NCBI GenBank assembly: GCA_038321985.1
Contig: JBBQFN010000012.1
Location: forward strand, 1-64,000
Direction: 5' to 3'
DNA: 64,000 bases
DNA from: Cyanophyceae cyanobacterium
Lineage (GTDB): Bacteria > Cyanobacteriota > Cyanobacteriia > Cyanobacteriales > Laspinemataceae
Both the position numbers and the translations under genes were made by a program. The notes under the pieces are model-generated. The model saw only the letters and a list, made by a program, of their open reading frames with translations, was not told where the DNA came from and did not search any database. Below, piece by piece: positions 54,534 through 64,000 of this stretch. Numbering within the stretch: position 1 is the stretch's first letter; each line of letters starts with the position of its first letter.

Positions 54534-54815
54534 CTACATAATTTTAGGTACTTTAAAAAAGTCCCCTTCGACATCGGGCGCAGCTGCCATAATCGACTTG
54601 AGTTCGGTAAACGGTTGTAGCTCATCTGGACGAGTTACATTGCTGACATCGATCGCCCGGGTGGTGGGTTTGATATTTTCTGTATCCAGTTCGCTTAACT
54701 GCTCAAAATACTCCAGAATGCTGCCAACTTGGGTGGTGAATTGTTCTTCTTCAGCTTCGGTGAGTTCAAGGCGCGCTAGGTGGGCGACTTTGCGAATTTG
54801 TTCTCGGTCAATCAT
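54534..54815 (-). CDS. gatC: Asp/Glu-tRNA amidotransferase subunit C
   Basis: KVAHLARLEL, FFKVPKIM. Confidence 0.95.
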   Translation of the reverse strand: MIDREQIRKVAHLARLELTEAEEEQFTTQVGSILEYFEQLSELDTENIKPTTRAIDVSNVTRPDELQPFTELKSIMAAAPDVEGDFFKVPKIM

Positions 54816-54945
54816 GGATAACTAGGGAGAATTAGGGTCAGAGTGGATAGCGATCGCCCTGATTTAGGGAGACGGTGAATCACAGGGAAATTGAATCAAA
54901 CCAGAGCGATCGCACTAGAGGATTATAGGCTAAAGAACCCAGAGA

Positions 54946-55467
54946 TTAGAAAAACACATCCATCGTCGAACGTCCAGTGGTTTTGAGCCAGTTTTGAGCC
55001 TCAATATAGTTATTGGGAGCCTGACGAATGGCTTGCTTCCAGTAATCAGCAGCGCGATCGTATAACTCCTCCGCATCTTCCGTTTCTCCGGCTTCCTTGG
55101 CTTGATCCCCTTGGTAATGGAAAATAACAGCGATATTGTTTAGGGCTTGGGGCATTCGGGGATTGAGTTCAAGGGCTTGGTGGTAATATTCCAGGGCTCT
55201 GTCTCGTTCGCCATTGCTGGTGTGAATTAAGCCGATATTGTAGAGAATATAACTGCGATCATAGGGGTCTTCTTCAAGGCTGAGGGCTTCGGTATAGTTT
55301 TCCAAGGCTTCGGCATATTCACCATCAGCTTGAGCCGACATCCCATCCCGGTAGTAGGCGAAGGCTTCCTTAGATTGTTGATTCGTCGGCAGAATCTTTA
55401 AAATGATATCCGCCATCACGGTAAAGGTTTTGTCGATGAAGTTATCGTTACGTTGTGTTCTGGGCAT
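54946..55467 (-). CDS. ycf3: Photosystem I assembly protein Ycf3
   Basis: [23 protein letters not shown] repeats, [14 protein letters not shown]. Confidence 0.97.
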   Translation of the reverse strand: MPRTQRNDNFIDKTFTVMADIILKILPTNQQSKEAFAYYRDGMSAQADGEYAEALENYTEALSLEEDPYDRSYILYNIGLIHTSNGERDRALEYYHQALELNPRMPQALNNIAVIFHYQGDQAKEAGETEDAEELYDRAADYWKQAIRQAPNNYIEAQNWLKTTGRSTMDVFF

Positions 55468-55731
55468 GAGGGTTTCGGTCTAGGGGTTTTAACAGAGTTT
55501 GACGATTGGCTTGTGCTTCAATCTTATTGTAGGCATTGTGGTTCCATCCGTTTCGTGAGAATTGAGTTTGTGGGGGATAATTCAGTTAGGAGAGGGCATT
55601 AATGCAGATTTTTCAGTGGTAGGAAGACCGATCTGTAGGAAGATTGAAGAGTAAAATCGCGTTAGAATTAGGATTCTGGGGCCTGACCTCAGAAGGAAAC
55701 CGGCAACAATTTTAGTTAAGATCAGTTTATT

Positions 55732-55956
55732 GTGACATGGATCACAGTGAAAACCACCAGCAATCGCTGGGAGGCTGAGTTCATGCAACAGGTGCTGGAG
55801 GCTCAGGAAATTCCCACTCGGATTGTGGATTTAGGAATCCTTTCCTATTTGGGAATAGGGAGTCCAACCGCCTTGCAAGTGCGTCCAGAAGATCGGTGGA
55901 CGGCCTTGTTGTTACTCAGTCCCCCCGAAGAAGAGGAGCCTCCGTCCGAACTCTAA
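55732..55956 (+). CDS. Small DUF2007-like hypothetical protein
   Basis: WITVKTT...WEAE...LEAQEIP...LQVRPED pattern; GTG start. Confidence 0.7.
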   Translation: MTWITVKTTSNRWEAEFMQQVLEAQEIPTRIVDLGILSYLGIGSPTALQVRPEDRWTALLLLSPPEEEEPPSEL

Positions 55957-56096
55957 ATAAAAGAGCGTGTGGAGAAACTGAACAGAGGAGGCGATCGCAC
56001 TAAACGATCGCTGCGATCGCATATTCGGTTTCGGCTTCTTGGATAAAAGGCCGTGATGTTGAATCGCTAACAAACAGAAAGGAATTAAGCGTTTTC

Positions 56097-57020
56097 ATGT
56101 CTCTATTTGATTGGTTTGCAAATCGCCGTAAGTCAGGCCCCATGAGCCAAGACCGGCAAGAGCGAGAAATAGCCGATGGGCTATGGACGAAGTGTCCCGA
56201 ATGTACGGTATTGACCTACACGAAGGACTTAAGAGCGAATCAGATGGTTTGTCTCGAATGCGGGCATCATCTGAGGGTCGATGGATCAGAGCGGATTTAC
56301 CAGCTAATTGATGGCACTACCTGGATGCCCCTAGATGAGAACCTGCAAGCTGTAGATGCGCTCAAGTTCCGCGATCGCAAATCTTACAGCGATCGCCTGC
56401 GGGAATATCAAGATAAAACCGGCTGTTTAGACGCGGTGAAAACCGGGTTAGGCAAGCTGGATGGACTCCCTGTGGCCCTGGGGGTGATGGAATTCAAGTT
56501 TATGGGGGGCAGCATGGGTTCCGTAGTGGGTGAAAAACTCACCCGCCTGATCGAACGGGCCACCCGAGAACGGTTACCCCTGATTATCATCTGTGCCTCT
56601 GGGGGGGCGCGGATGCAAGAAGGAATGCTGTCTCTGATGCAAATGGCGAAAATCTCCGGGGCGCTAGAACGGCATCGAGAGGGCAAATTGCTTTATATTC
56701 CCATTTTGACCCACCCCACCACGGGGGGAGTCACGGCATCCTTTGCGATGTTAGGGGATATTATTATTGCCGAACCGAAAGCCACCATTGGGTTTGCCGG
56801 ACGTCGGGTGATTGAGCAAACCTTGCGAGAGAAACTGCCCGATGATTTTCAATCGGCAGAGGACCTGCTTCAACATGGGTTTGTGGATGCGATCGTCCCC
56901 CGGACCCAAATTAAGAAAACTTTGGCGCAGTTGATTTGCCTACATCAACCCCAGTCTCGTTTGTCTCATCGGCTTCCTTTCCCGGAGACCCTGCAATTGA
57001 GTACCACGGCGATCGAATAG
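56097..57020 (+). CDS. accD: Acetyl-CoA carboxylase carboxyltransferase beta subunit
   Basis: WTKCPEC...CLEC zinc finger, [33 protein letters not shown]. Confidence 0.97.
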   Translation: MSLFDWFANRRKSGPMSQDRQEREIADGLWTKCPECTVLTYTKDLRANQMVCLECGHHLRVDGSERIYQLIDGTTWMPLDENLQAVDALKFRDRKSYSDRLREYQDKTGCLDAVKTGLGKLDGLPVALGVMEFKFMGGSMGSVVGEKLTRLIERATRERLPLIIICASGGARMQEGMLSLMQMAKISGALERHREGKLLYIPILTHPTTGGVTASFAMLGDIIIAEPKATIGFAGRRVIEQTLREKLPDDFQSAEDLLQHGFVDAIVPRTQIKKTLAQLICLHQPQSRLSHRLPFPETLQLSTTAIE

Positions 57021-57593
57021 AGACTTGTTGCATGATTCGGATGAGATTTCCCCAGGACCTTGATGAACTTAACCGTTATAGGTTAAGACCCCACTCTAAC
57101 CTCCTCCCCAAAACACCGGGGAGGGTTAGGGAAGGGTTCACAGGCCGATTGCGGCAACTGGCTCTCAAATCCAATGAAACCCAGTAGGGGTCAACCCTTG
57201 AACCTTGAACCTTATCGTTAACGGGGAGACCCTACTCCGGTTTCCGTTCCTGTCTCTGGGTCTGGGTTAGGGTAGAGTTAACTTTAGGGAATAACTTCTA
57301 TGGAATCGTGGCACTCAAGCCAGTTGCCCGGTGAAGATAGAAAGCATAAAATTTAGCAAAAGTCAAAGGTAAAAAATACCTAATTTATAAGAAATTTTCC
57401 CGATTTTCTAGGAACAGACCGCAGGTGGAAGAACTGAAAAATTCCAGAGGGATTCCCTCTAAACTTGTGGGTTCTCGCAGGGATTAGCGCATCATCGATC
57501 CGGGAAGCAAAAATGCAATTTTTAGAAAGTGCCGCGCAGTGGCATGATAATGATATTGAAAATGGCTTAATCTTGACCTGTCAGCCAAAAATT

Positions 57594-57776
57594 ATGGGTT
57601 TCGCCGACTTGTCGATTGCGGAAATTGCTCAAGACTATAATCTCCCGATTGAGGAGGTCCTGCGGTGGTGCGATGAACTCTCGATTGCCTATAAAAGTCC
57701 TCAAACCCGTCTGGCGTTAGAGGATGCCAAAGCAATTTTGAGTAAAATTAACACCGATCGCCAGGAGAATTCCTGA
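57594..57776 (+). CDS. Small conserved protein (IF2 N-terminal-like helical domain)
   Basis: MGFADLSIAEIAQDYNLP...TRLALEDAKAI; lies between accD and psbV. Confidence 0.7.
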   Translation: MGFADLSIAEIAQDYNLPIEEVLRWCDELSIAYKSPQTRLALEDAKAILSKINTDRQENS

Positions 57777-58082
57777 TCGGAATCCTATAAGCGAGCTTTC
57801 AACCGTGCGATCGCATCTCGAACCCAGATTAGCGGCGAGTGACGGAAGCCCCGGCTAGTTCAGCTATCACAAAGGCGATCGTGAACCAACACCCTGGACA
57901 TCCAACCTGGATGATGCACAAACGCCCCAAAGGGTCAAGGCTTGACCCCAACGCGGGCGGGGCATTTTGAGAGGATGCGATTGCCATTGGGAAGAGTTGC
58001 GAACCCATTGCTAACCGAACCAATCCAAGCCGGAGCTGTGTTTAGCGTTCAATACCATATCCGCTTTTTTTTGAGGAAAACC

Positions 58083-58574
58083 ATGCTGAAAAGATGCATC
58101 TGGCTGGCTGTAGCCACTGTATTCTTCACCTTTCAAATATTTGTCGGGAATGCTGCGGCAATTGAACTCGATCGCGGGCTTCGCACCGTTCCATTAAACG
58201 AGAGCGGTGAAACCATCGTGTTGAGCTTGCAACAAGTTGAACAAGGCAAACGCCTGTTTAACGATACCTGCTCCAAATGTCATGCGGGTGGAGTTACTAA
58301 AACCGACTTCAACGTGAGTCTAAGCCAAGAAGATTTAGCCTTTGCAACGCCTCGGCGGGATTCGATTGAAGGGTTAATCGATTACATGAAAGATCCGACT
58401 AGCTATGATGGGGAGGTTGACATTTCCGAATTACACCCCAGCATTAAGAGTGCGGATATTTTCGCCGAAATGAGAAATCTGACCGAGGACGATCTGTTCG
58501 CGATCGCCGGACACATCCTCATTCAGCCTAAAATCCAGGGCATCCAATGGGGTGGCGGTAAAGCCTACCGCTAA
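58083..58574 (+). CDS. psbV: Cytochrome c-550 of photosystem II
   Basis: Signal peptide, CSKCH, PTSYDG, LHPSIKSADIF, WGGGK; GAGG RBS before ATG 58083. Confidence 0.96.
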   Translation: MLKRCIWLAVATVFFTFQIFVGNAAAIELDRGLRTVPLNESGETIVLSLQQVEQGKRLFNDTCSKCHAGGVTKTDFNVSLSQEDLAFATPRRDSIEGLIDYMKDPTSYDGEVDISELHPSIKSADIFAEMRNLTEDDLFAIAGHILIQPKIQGIQWGGGKAYR

Positions 58575-58907
58575 ATCTCCCCATCGGTTGCAGACTGCAT
58601 TCAGACCCGACTGGGCGTCACGGCTGTTTTAACAGAAAGACTCAAGTGAAACTGGGCGTTTTGGGGATGGGGAAGTCAGCGATTGGCAATCCCTTACCCC
58701 TAGGCAAGGCGATCGCCCCCAAGCGATTCTCTAAACCCCAAAACGCTCTCTTATCACCCCTGAAACCCAACGGGGTCCGTGGCTTGGTGGCCTGAATCGC
58801 AGTTAAATCCCTTCCTCTTAATTCCCTGAGTCTGGATTCCCTCCTCATCATCTGTGGACATCTCGGACTCCCATTCGCAATCGAACCGCACCCCAACTAA
58901 AGCGCTA

Positions 58908-59408
58908 ATGTTGCCAAAATTTTTAATCCGCTCAGTGGTGGCGATCGTCTTCACCTGCCTGGGTTTTATGAATTTCACCTTACCGGCCCAGGCCGACTCC
59001 ATTGACCCCTATTTGCGCCGCTTTTTGCAAGTCACTGAGCCGGTTCCGATGGAAATGAACTCCCAAGGAGAAACCCGGTTGTTTTCCCCCCAGGGCTTGC
59101 ACGAAGGCAAAGAGTTATTTAAACAACATTGCCTCAACTGTCACGTTGGAGGCTCGACATTACCCTATCCCCCAGTGTCGCTGTCCCTAGACGACCTCAC
59201 GGGCGCAACACCCCCCCGGAATAACATCGATAGCCTCGTGGCCTATATGCGATCGCCGATGACTTATGACGGCAGCGACGACATCTACTGGTGCCGAGAG
59301 ATTTCTGAGAAGTGGCTACCGACAGACCAAGTGGAAAATATCGCGGCCTTCATTCTCAGGGCTGCTCAAAAAGCGCCGGGATGGGGGACCGAAAAGTTTA
59401 AAGGATAG
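58908..59408 (+). CDS. psbV2: Cytochrome c-550-like protein PsbV2
   Basis: Signal peptide, CLNCH, ATPPRNN, PMTYDGS, APGWG; follows psbV. Confidence 0.9.
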   Translation: MLPKFLIRSVVAIVFTCLGFMNFTLPAQADSIDPYLRRFLQVTEPVPMEMNSQGETRLFSPQGLHEGKELFKQHCLNCHVGGSTLPYPPVSLSLDDLTGATPPRNNIDSLVAYMRSPMTYDGSDDIYWCREISEKWLPTDQVENIAAFILRAAQKAPGWGTEKFKG

Positions 59409-59413
59409 GGCAA

Positions 59414-60985
59414 TTACCGGGCATCGATAGGGCCTACGTCGAGTTGGCAGACGATTTCCGAATAAGGACAGATCTGCACTCGATTGCGGCCCTGTCCCTT
59501 GGCTTGATATAAGGCACGGTCTGCAAACTCTAATAAAGTCTGGGGGTCTTGCCCAATTTTGACCCCTTCTGAAGCTAGGCCCGAAAGAGGAGCGATCGCC
59601 CCGCCAATGCTAATCGTCAAGGGAATTTCTACCCCCTCAGAGGTTTTGAATGGTTCCTGGGCGATCGCCCGTCGCAACGATTCCCCATATTCCCAAGCCG
59701 TTTCGGGTCCAATGCCTACGGTTAGGCAGATAAATTCCTCCCCCCCATAGCGATAAAACCAACTGTTCGCCCTTGCCTGTCTTTGCAAACGTGCGGCAAT
59801 TTCTTTGAGTACCGCATCTCCTGTGGGATGGCCGTAAGTATCATTCACCCGTTTAAAAAAATCCACATCTAGGGCAAACAGGCAAATATAGTCACTGTAG
59901 GCTGACTTTTCCTGGGCCGCAGAATGGGGCAGCATCTGAGGCAGCGCTTGTTCCATTGCCCGCCGGTTGGGTAAGCCGGTCAACTCATCCGTCAGGGCCA
60001 GAGATTCCAGTAATTTATTGCGCGCAATCAGTTGCTTGAGCAGGGCTTCTCGTTCCGATTCTGATTGTTGCAAGAGCTGCTGCAAGACCTCAATTTCGGC
60101 ATACATTTCCATGGGGTCTAATGCTTGCAGTAAACTGGTCTGGGTAATAATTCCCCCGAGTTCACCTTCATTCCCAACCACAACTAACCGATGAACCCGC
60201 CGCCGTTGCATCTGCTGATGGGCTTCCCAAAGGGAGGCAGAGGGTCCAATGGGAAATAAAGGCGCACTCATCACCGTAGAGGCTTGGAGGCGATCGAGGT
60301 CTAGTTCGAGATTGCGGAACTGCAACATATCTCGTTCCGTGATGATGCCCACCGGACGAACGGGTTTGATTTGGCAGCTATCGGCGGACCACACTCCCCA
60401 GGTTGAATCGAGGGGGGTTAATTCCTTGTGATGTGCTTGAGCGACGACCACGCAACTAACGTTATAAATTGCCATGAGTTTAGCAACGTTGAGCACCGTG
60501 GTAGATACAGGGGCGTGAATCACCCGAGTGCTCATCACTTCACTAACTCGCCGTAGACGCATAAAATCAATGGGTTTGAGGACGCTACGGATACTCTGTT
60601 GGGTGAGGATACCCAGGAGTGTTCCATTGCCATCAAAAACCGGAAGATGGCGAATTCGATGGTGACGAAATAGGGTCAGCACCGTGACGATATCTTGATC
60701 ATCCGTTGAGGATTCAGTCAGGGTGAGGACATTTTTCGTCATTACCTGGGCGATCGCCACCCCTTTGATGTTTTTAGAGGCAGCGATCATTCGCACCACA
60801 TCCCGTTCTGTAAAAATCCCCACTAACTGATCTCGTTGATTTCCGTTTCCTCGCAGAGGGTCTAAGATGAGTACACTACTGGTTCTGCCCCGACTCATCA
60901 GCGCAATAACGGCTTCTACAGAGGTATCCGCCGTAGTGGTGATGGGTTGAGGATTGATCGCCTGTCTAAGAGAAGACACAAACAT
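59414..60985 (-). CDS. CBS-domain diguanylate cyclase
   Basis: Two CBS pairs (GIFTERD, GIITERD), coiled coil, TDELTGLPNRR, DVDFFKRVND, RYGGEEF. Confidence 0.92.
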   Translation of the reverse strand: MFVSSLRQAINPQPITTTADTSVEAVIALMSRGRTSSVLILDPLRGNGNQRDQLVGIFTERDVVRMIAASKNIKGVAIAQVMTKNVLTLTESSTDDQDIVTVLTLFRHHRIRHLPVFDGNGTLLGILTQQSIRSVLKPIDFMRLRRVSEVMSTRVIHAPVSTTVLNVAKLMAIYNVSCVVVAQAHHKELTPLDSTWGVWSADSCQIKPVRPVGIITERDMLQFRNLELDLDRLQASTVMSAPLFPIGPSASLWEAHQQMQRRRVHRLVVVGNEGELGGIITQTSLLQALDPMEMYAEIEVLQQLLQQSESEREALLKQLIARNKLLESLALTDELTGLPNRRAMEQALPQMLPHSAAQEKSAYSDYICLFALDVDFFKRVNDTYGHPTGDAVLKEIAARLQRQARANSWFYRYGGEEFICLTVGIGPETAWEYGESLRRAIAQEPFKTSEGVEIPLTISIGGAIAPLSGLASEGVKIGQDPQTLLEFADRALYQAKGQGRNRVQICPYSEIVCQLDVGPIDAR

Positions 60986-61330
60986 TGCAGCTACATCTTT
61001 TTTTTTAATCTCCCCGTAACCCTTCAGTGTAAAGGACTAACGCCCAATTCCAATGGGTGGAGGTCTTCCCGGTGGAGTCCTTGCATAGGATGTCGGAGGG
61101 GAGCTAATTTGCCGACTTTGCCTCTACTGTAAAGGTTTTTACCTTCAGGTGACGGGAGAGGATGTCAACCCGAAGAGGTGCAGGGGTTCAGGGGTTGATG
61201 CGATCGCCTCAGTTTGGGAGATTACGAAAAAACATCACGGAATCGTTTGGGCATATCGCGTTGGATGTTAACGAACCGGGATAAAATACTTTTTGAGTGA
61301 CAATTCTGAGTTGAATAGAGGAGAACTACT

Positions 61331-61663
61331 TTGAAGCGACTATTATCCATTGTTTTGCTGGCGATCGCCGTCCTGACTGTTGCCTTTGTGCCTCCGGCCT
61401 TCGCTGGAGATTCGGCCAATGGTGCCAAAATCTTTAGCGCCAACTGTGCAGCTTGTCACATGGGCGGTAATAACGTGATTATGGCGAACAAAACCCTGAA
61501 GAAAGATGCCCTAGATCAATACGCCATGAATTCTTTAGACGCCATCACGACTCAGGTCAAGAATGGCAAGAACGCCATGCCTGCTTTCGGCGGTCGTCTC
61601 AGTGACACTCAAATCGAAGATGTCGCAACCTACGTTCTTGAACAAGCCGAAAAAGGTTGGTAG
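61331..61663 (+). CDS. petJ: Cytochrome c6
   Basis: Signal peptide ending [29 protein letters not shown] and TTG start. Confidence 0.96.
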   Translation: MKRLLSIVLLAIAVLTVAFVPPAFAGDSANGAKIFSANCAACHMGGNNVIMANKTLKKDALDQYAMNSLDAITTQVKNGKNAMPAFGGRLSDTQIEDVATYVLEQAEKGW

Positions 61664-61764
61664 ATTGCTGCCTTTACCCCGTTAGGTGAGGTGATCTCAA
61701 TCAAACCCGTTTAAACCGGGCTTTGGGATCCAGGCTATTCTGAGCCAATTTCCGCGATTCACAA

Positions 61765-61795
61765 GAAACCCCTCTGGCAGCCGGAGGGGTTTTTT
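61765..61795 (+). terminator. Intrinsic terminator after petJ
   Basis: AAACCCCTCTGG-cag-CCGGAGGGGTTTTTTT. Confidence 0.8.
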
Positions 61796-61884
61796 GCTTC
61801 CACATCCACCCCTGGTTATTTGGCGATCGGGCTCTTATTTGTTATGGTGGTCTGAAACCTTTTGAAAAAAGCAAGATAAAATCT

Positions 61885-62592
61885 GTGGTTCCTTTACATG
61901 ATGAAACGCCAACGGAAATTACCCCTTATGTGACGTATGGGTTAATCGCTGTTAATATTTTGGTATTTTTCTACGAACTTTCCTTACAACAGCAGGGACA
62001 GTTAGATAGCTTCTTGCAAAATTGGGCAGTCGTTCCCCAACAGCTAAGTGCTAGCTTTGCTGGACAACCCACCCCCAGTCTGGTTTCGGAGTGGATTACC
62101 TTATTTACTTCTCAATTTCTACATGGGGGCTGGTTGCACCTGGGTGGGAATATGTTATTTCTGTGGATTTTTGGAAATAATGTTGAGGACTGCTTAGGGC
62201 ATATAAAATACATCATATTTTATTTAGCTTGTGGAGCTATAGCCGTATTAGCGCAGTGGTTTTTCTCGATGGATTCAACCATTCCCTCATTAGGCGCATC
62301 CGGGGCGATCGCCGGAGTCATGGGTGCTTACATCCTGCGCTATCCTAAATCCAAAATTCTCACCCTAGTTCCCTTGGGATTTTTCCTGACCACTTTCCGC
62401 ATTCCGGCAGTATTCTTTCTCGGTTTTTGGTTTGTCCAGCAAGCATTGTACGGTATAGCGGGTCTATCTCAGCAAACTAATATCGGCATGGAAAGTGGCG
62501 GAATTGCCTATTGGGCGCACGCAGGCGGATTTGTAGTCGGTGCAGTATTAGGTCCGTTACTGGGCTTATTTTCCAACCAGCGATCGGTCTAA
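61885..62592 (+). CDS. Rhomboid intramembrane serine protease
   Basis: FLHGGWLHLGGNM, GASG, AHAGG. Confidence 0.93.
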   Translation: MVPLHDETPTEITPYVTYGLIAVNILVFFYELSLQQQGQLDSFLQNWAVVPQQLSASFAGQPTPSLVSEWITLFTSQFLHGGWLHLGGNMLFLWIFGNNVEDCLGHIKYIIFYLACGAIAVLAQWFFSMDSTIPSLGASGAIAGVMGAYILRYPKSKILTLVPLGFFLTTFRIPAVFFLGFWFVQQALYGIAGLSQQTNIGMESGGIAYWAHAGGFVVGAVLGPLLGLFSNQRSV

Positions 62593-62609
62593 CCCTGTCC
62601 CTATTCTCC

Positions 62610-62747
62610 AAGTTAGTAGTAACGACTTTAGCCGTTTCTTGCTCTTAAGTTAGTAGTAACGACTTTAGCCATTTTTTTAGGTTCGTCAAAGGAGTGCGAG
62701 TATCTTGCTCACTTTTTTAAGATAGGGAGCAAAATGCTCCCACTCCT
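62610..62747. repeat. REP-like repeat cluster between convergent genes
   Basis: AAGTTAGTAGTAACGACTTTAGCC twice (62610, 62647), then inverted pair GGAGTGCGAGTATCTTGCTC / GGGAGCAAAATGCTCCCACTCC. Confidence 0.75.
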
Positions 62748-62825
62748 TTTTCACAGAAATAACTTTCCAATCTCTCACAAAAGGCAAAATTTTAAACTGT
62801 ATACAAAAACCCGCTTAATTGCTCC

Positions 62826-64000
62826 TCACTTCCATTCCCCCTGCAACGTAAACGCCGCCCAAAAATAGGGAGAGTTGCGATCGTCACTGGCCAACATCTC
62901 CAACTGAGCCTCCCGCAACGCTTGGGCTGGAGTTATCTGTTGTGAGAACACCTTTCCATAAAAACTCGACATCAACTCTGCCGTTGCTGCATCATCCACA
63001 TTCCATAAAGACACCACCAACCGAGGGGTTCCCGCATACATAAACCCCCGAGTCAAGCCCACCAACCCCTCACCGCGAATCGAATCTCCCAGTCCCGTTT
63101 GACAAGCCGAAAGCACCACCACCTGAGCATTCAACTGGAGATTAAAAATGTCATGCAGCCGGAAAAATCCATCCAACTCATTTCCCCGTTCATCCACCAG
63201 GGATAACACCAACCCCGAGAGTTCCGGCGCACTGCTACTCACAAACCCGTGAGTAGCAAAATGGACCATTTGATACTGACTTAAATCCGTATTCGCTACC
63301 GTAGCGCGAGAGGCATCAAAATCAAACGCCGACATCGCGCTACCCCCAGGCACTAACGCCAGAATCGCCTCCGCTTCCTGACGAGTCCCCGGCAGTGCCG
63401 GAATCGGACGCCCGATAATAGTATCCGCAGAACGGTTCACCATCATCCGCCCCAAATCCGATGCCTTCACCGCACTTTGTCCCGTCACCCGTTGGTCATT
63501 CAGTTCAAACACCGGGTCCGCAATCAACGCAACCGTTTTCGGGGCCAATTGCCGTCCCGCATCTTGTTCGCGCAGAATCCCTAACGTGGAGGAAGAAGGC
63601 AGATTAATAATTTCATGATTCACCAACAACGGCGTCAACTCCTCCCCACCTCCGGGAGTCGGTAAGGCGGCAAAGGGAATGAAATTCAACACGCCATCGG
63701 CAACCACTAACAAACGCTTAGAGGCTAATTTATCCGCAACCGGAGACAGCAACATCTGACTGAGTTGGGTAGCAGAGGCATTAATTTGGGGAAGGTTAGG
63801 AGACACCGTAATATTGCGACTCTCCCCTCGATAGTCGGGATTTTGCATCAGTTGATAAAATTGCTCTCCCAGTTCCTCAATTTCTGCCCGGGAGGGGAGT
63901 TCGTAAACCTCTACACTGTCCGGAGTCACCGCCCAGAGGAAACTACGGTCTTTGCCTAGGGAATATTGTAAGAGCAAAGTATCTTTGTCAAGAACCTGCT
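62826..64000 (-). CDS. CHAT-domain (caspase-like) protein, C-terminal part; continues beyond the window
   Basis: HFATHG, VVLSACQTGLG, SLWNVDD, PYFWAAFTLQGEW; frame is open to the window end. Confidence 0.92.
   Translation of the reverse strand, partial: QVLDKDTLLLQYSLGKDRSFLWAVTPDSVEVYELPSRAEIEELGEQFYQLMQNPDYRGESRNITVSPNLPQINASATQLSQMLLSPVADKLASKRLLVVADGVLNFIPFAALPTPGGGEELTPLLVNHEIINLPSSSTLGILREQDAGRQLAPKTVALIADPVFELNDQRVTGQSAVKASDLGRMMVNRSADTIIGRPIPALPGTRQEAEAILALVPGGSAMSAFDFDASRATVANTDLSQYQMVHFATHGFVSSSAPELSGLVLSLVDERGNELDGFFRLHDIFNLQLNAQVVVLSACQTGLGDSIRGEGLVGLTRGFMYAGTPRLVVSLWNVDDAATAELMSSFYGKVFSQQITPAQALREAQLEMLASDDRNSPYFWAAFTLQGEWK

Noticed and set aside
55990..56021. Cluster of three CGATCG/HIP1 sites upstream of accD
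   Set aside because: HIP1 is abundant throughout the window; the clustering cannot be distinguished from chance without statistics.

Overview
Chromosomal window from a cyanobacterium, probably a filamentous Oscillatoriales type. Evidence: dense GCGATCGC (HIP1) sites, psbV/psbV2/petJ, ycf3, and heptamer and REP-like intergenic repeats. From left to right it holds: the end of the ribosomal/alpha operon (rpmJ-rpsM-rpsK-rpoA-rplQ-truA-rplM-rpsI-rpmE-prfA); an AT-rich frameshifted PIN-domain gene; an arsenosugar-type cluster (arsS, MerA-like reductase, arsM); a 1767-aa RTX/cadherin/FG-GAP surface protein; a partner-switching locus with a STAS-fused sugar transferase; a pst operon with fused PstC-PstA; a class I lysyl-tRNA synthetase; a second pstSCAB; an arsR-pstS-acr3-arsC unit; two tRNA-Val genes around radC; then pilD, gatC, ycf3, accD, psbV, psbV2, a CBS-GGDEF gene, petJ, a rhomboid and a partial CHAT protein. 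Three observations stand out. (1) Two colinear 86-bp attC-like palindromes lie 42 kb apart, each just downstream of an accessory gene module, with no integrase in the window, suggesting dispersed solo integron-type cassettes. (2) An orphan pstS in the ars unit has a candidate Pho-box pair and an ArsR box side by side upstream. (3) Arsenic and phosphate genes are concentrated across the window. All calls come from reading the sequence by eye; no searches were run.
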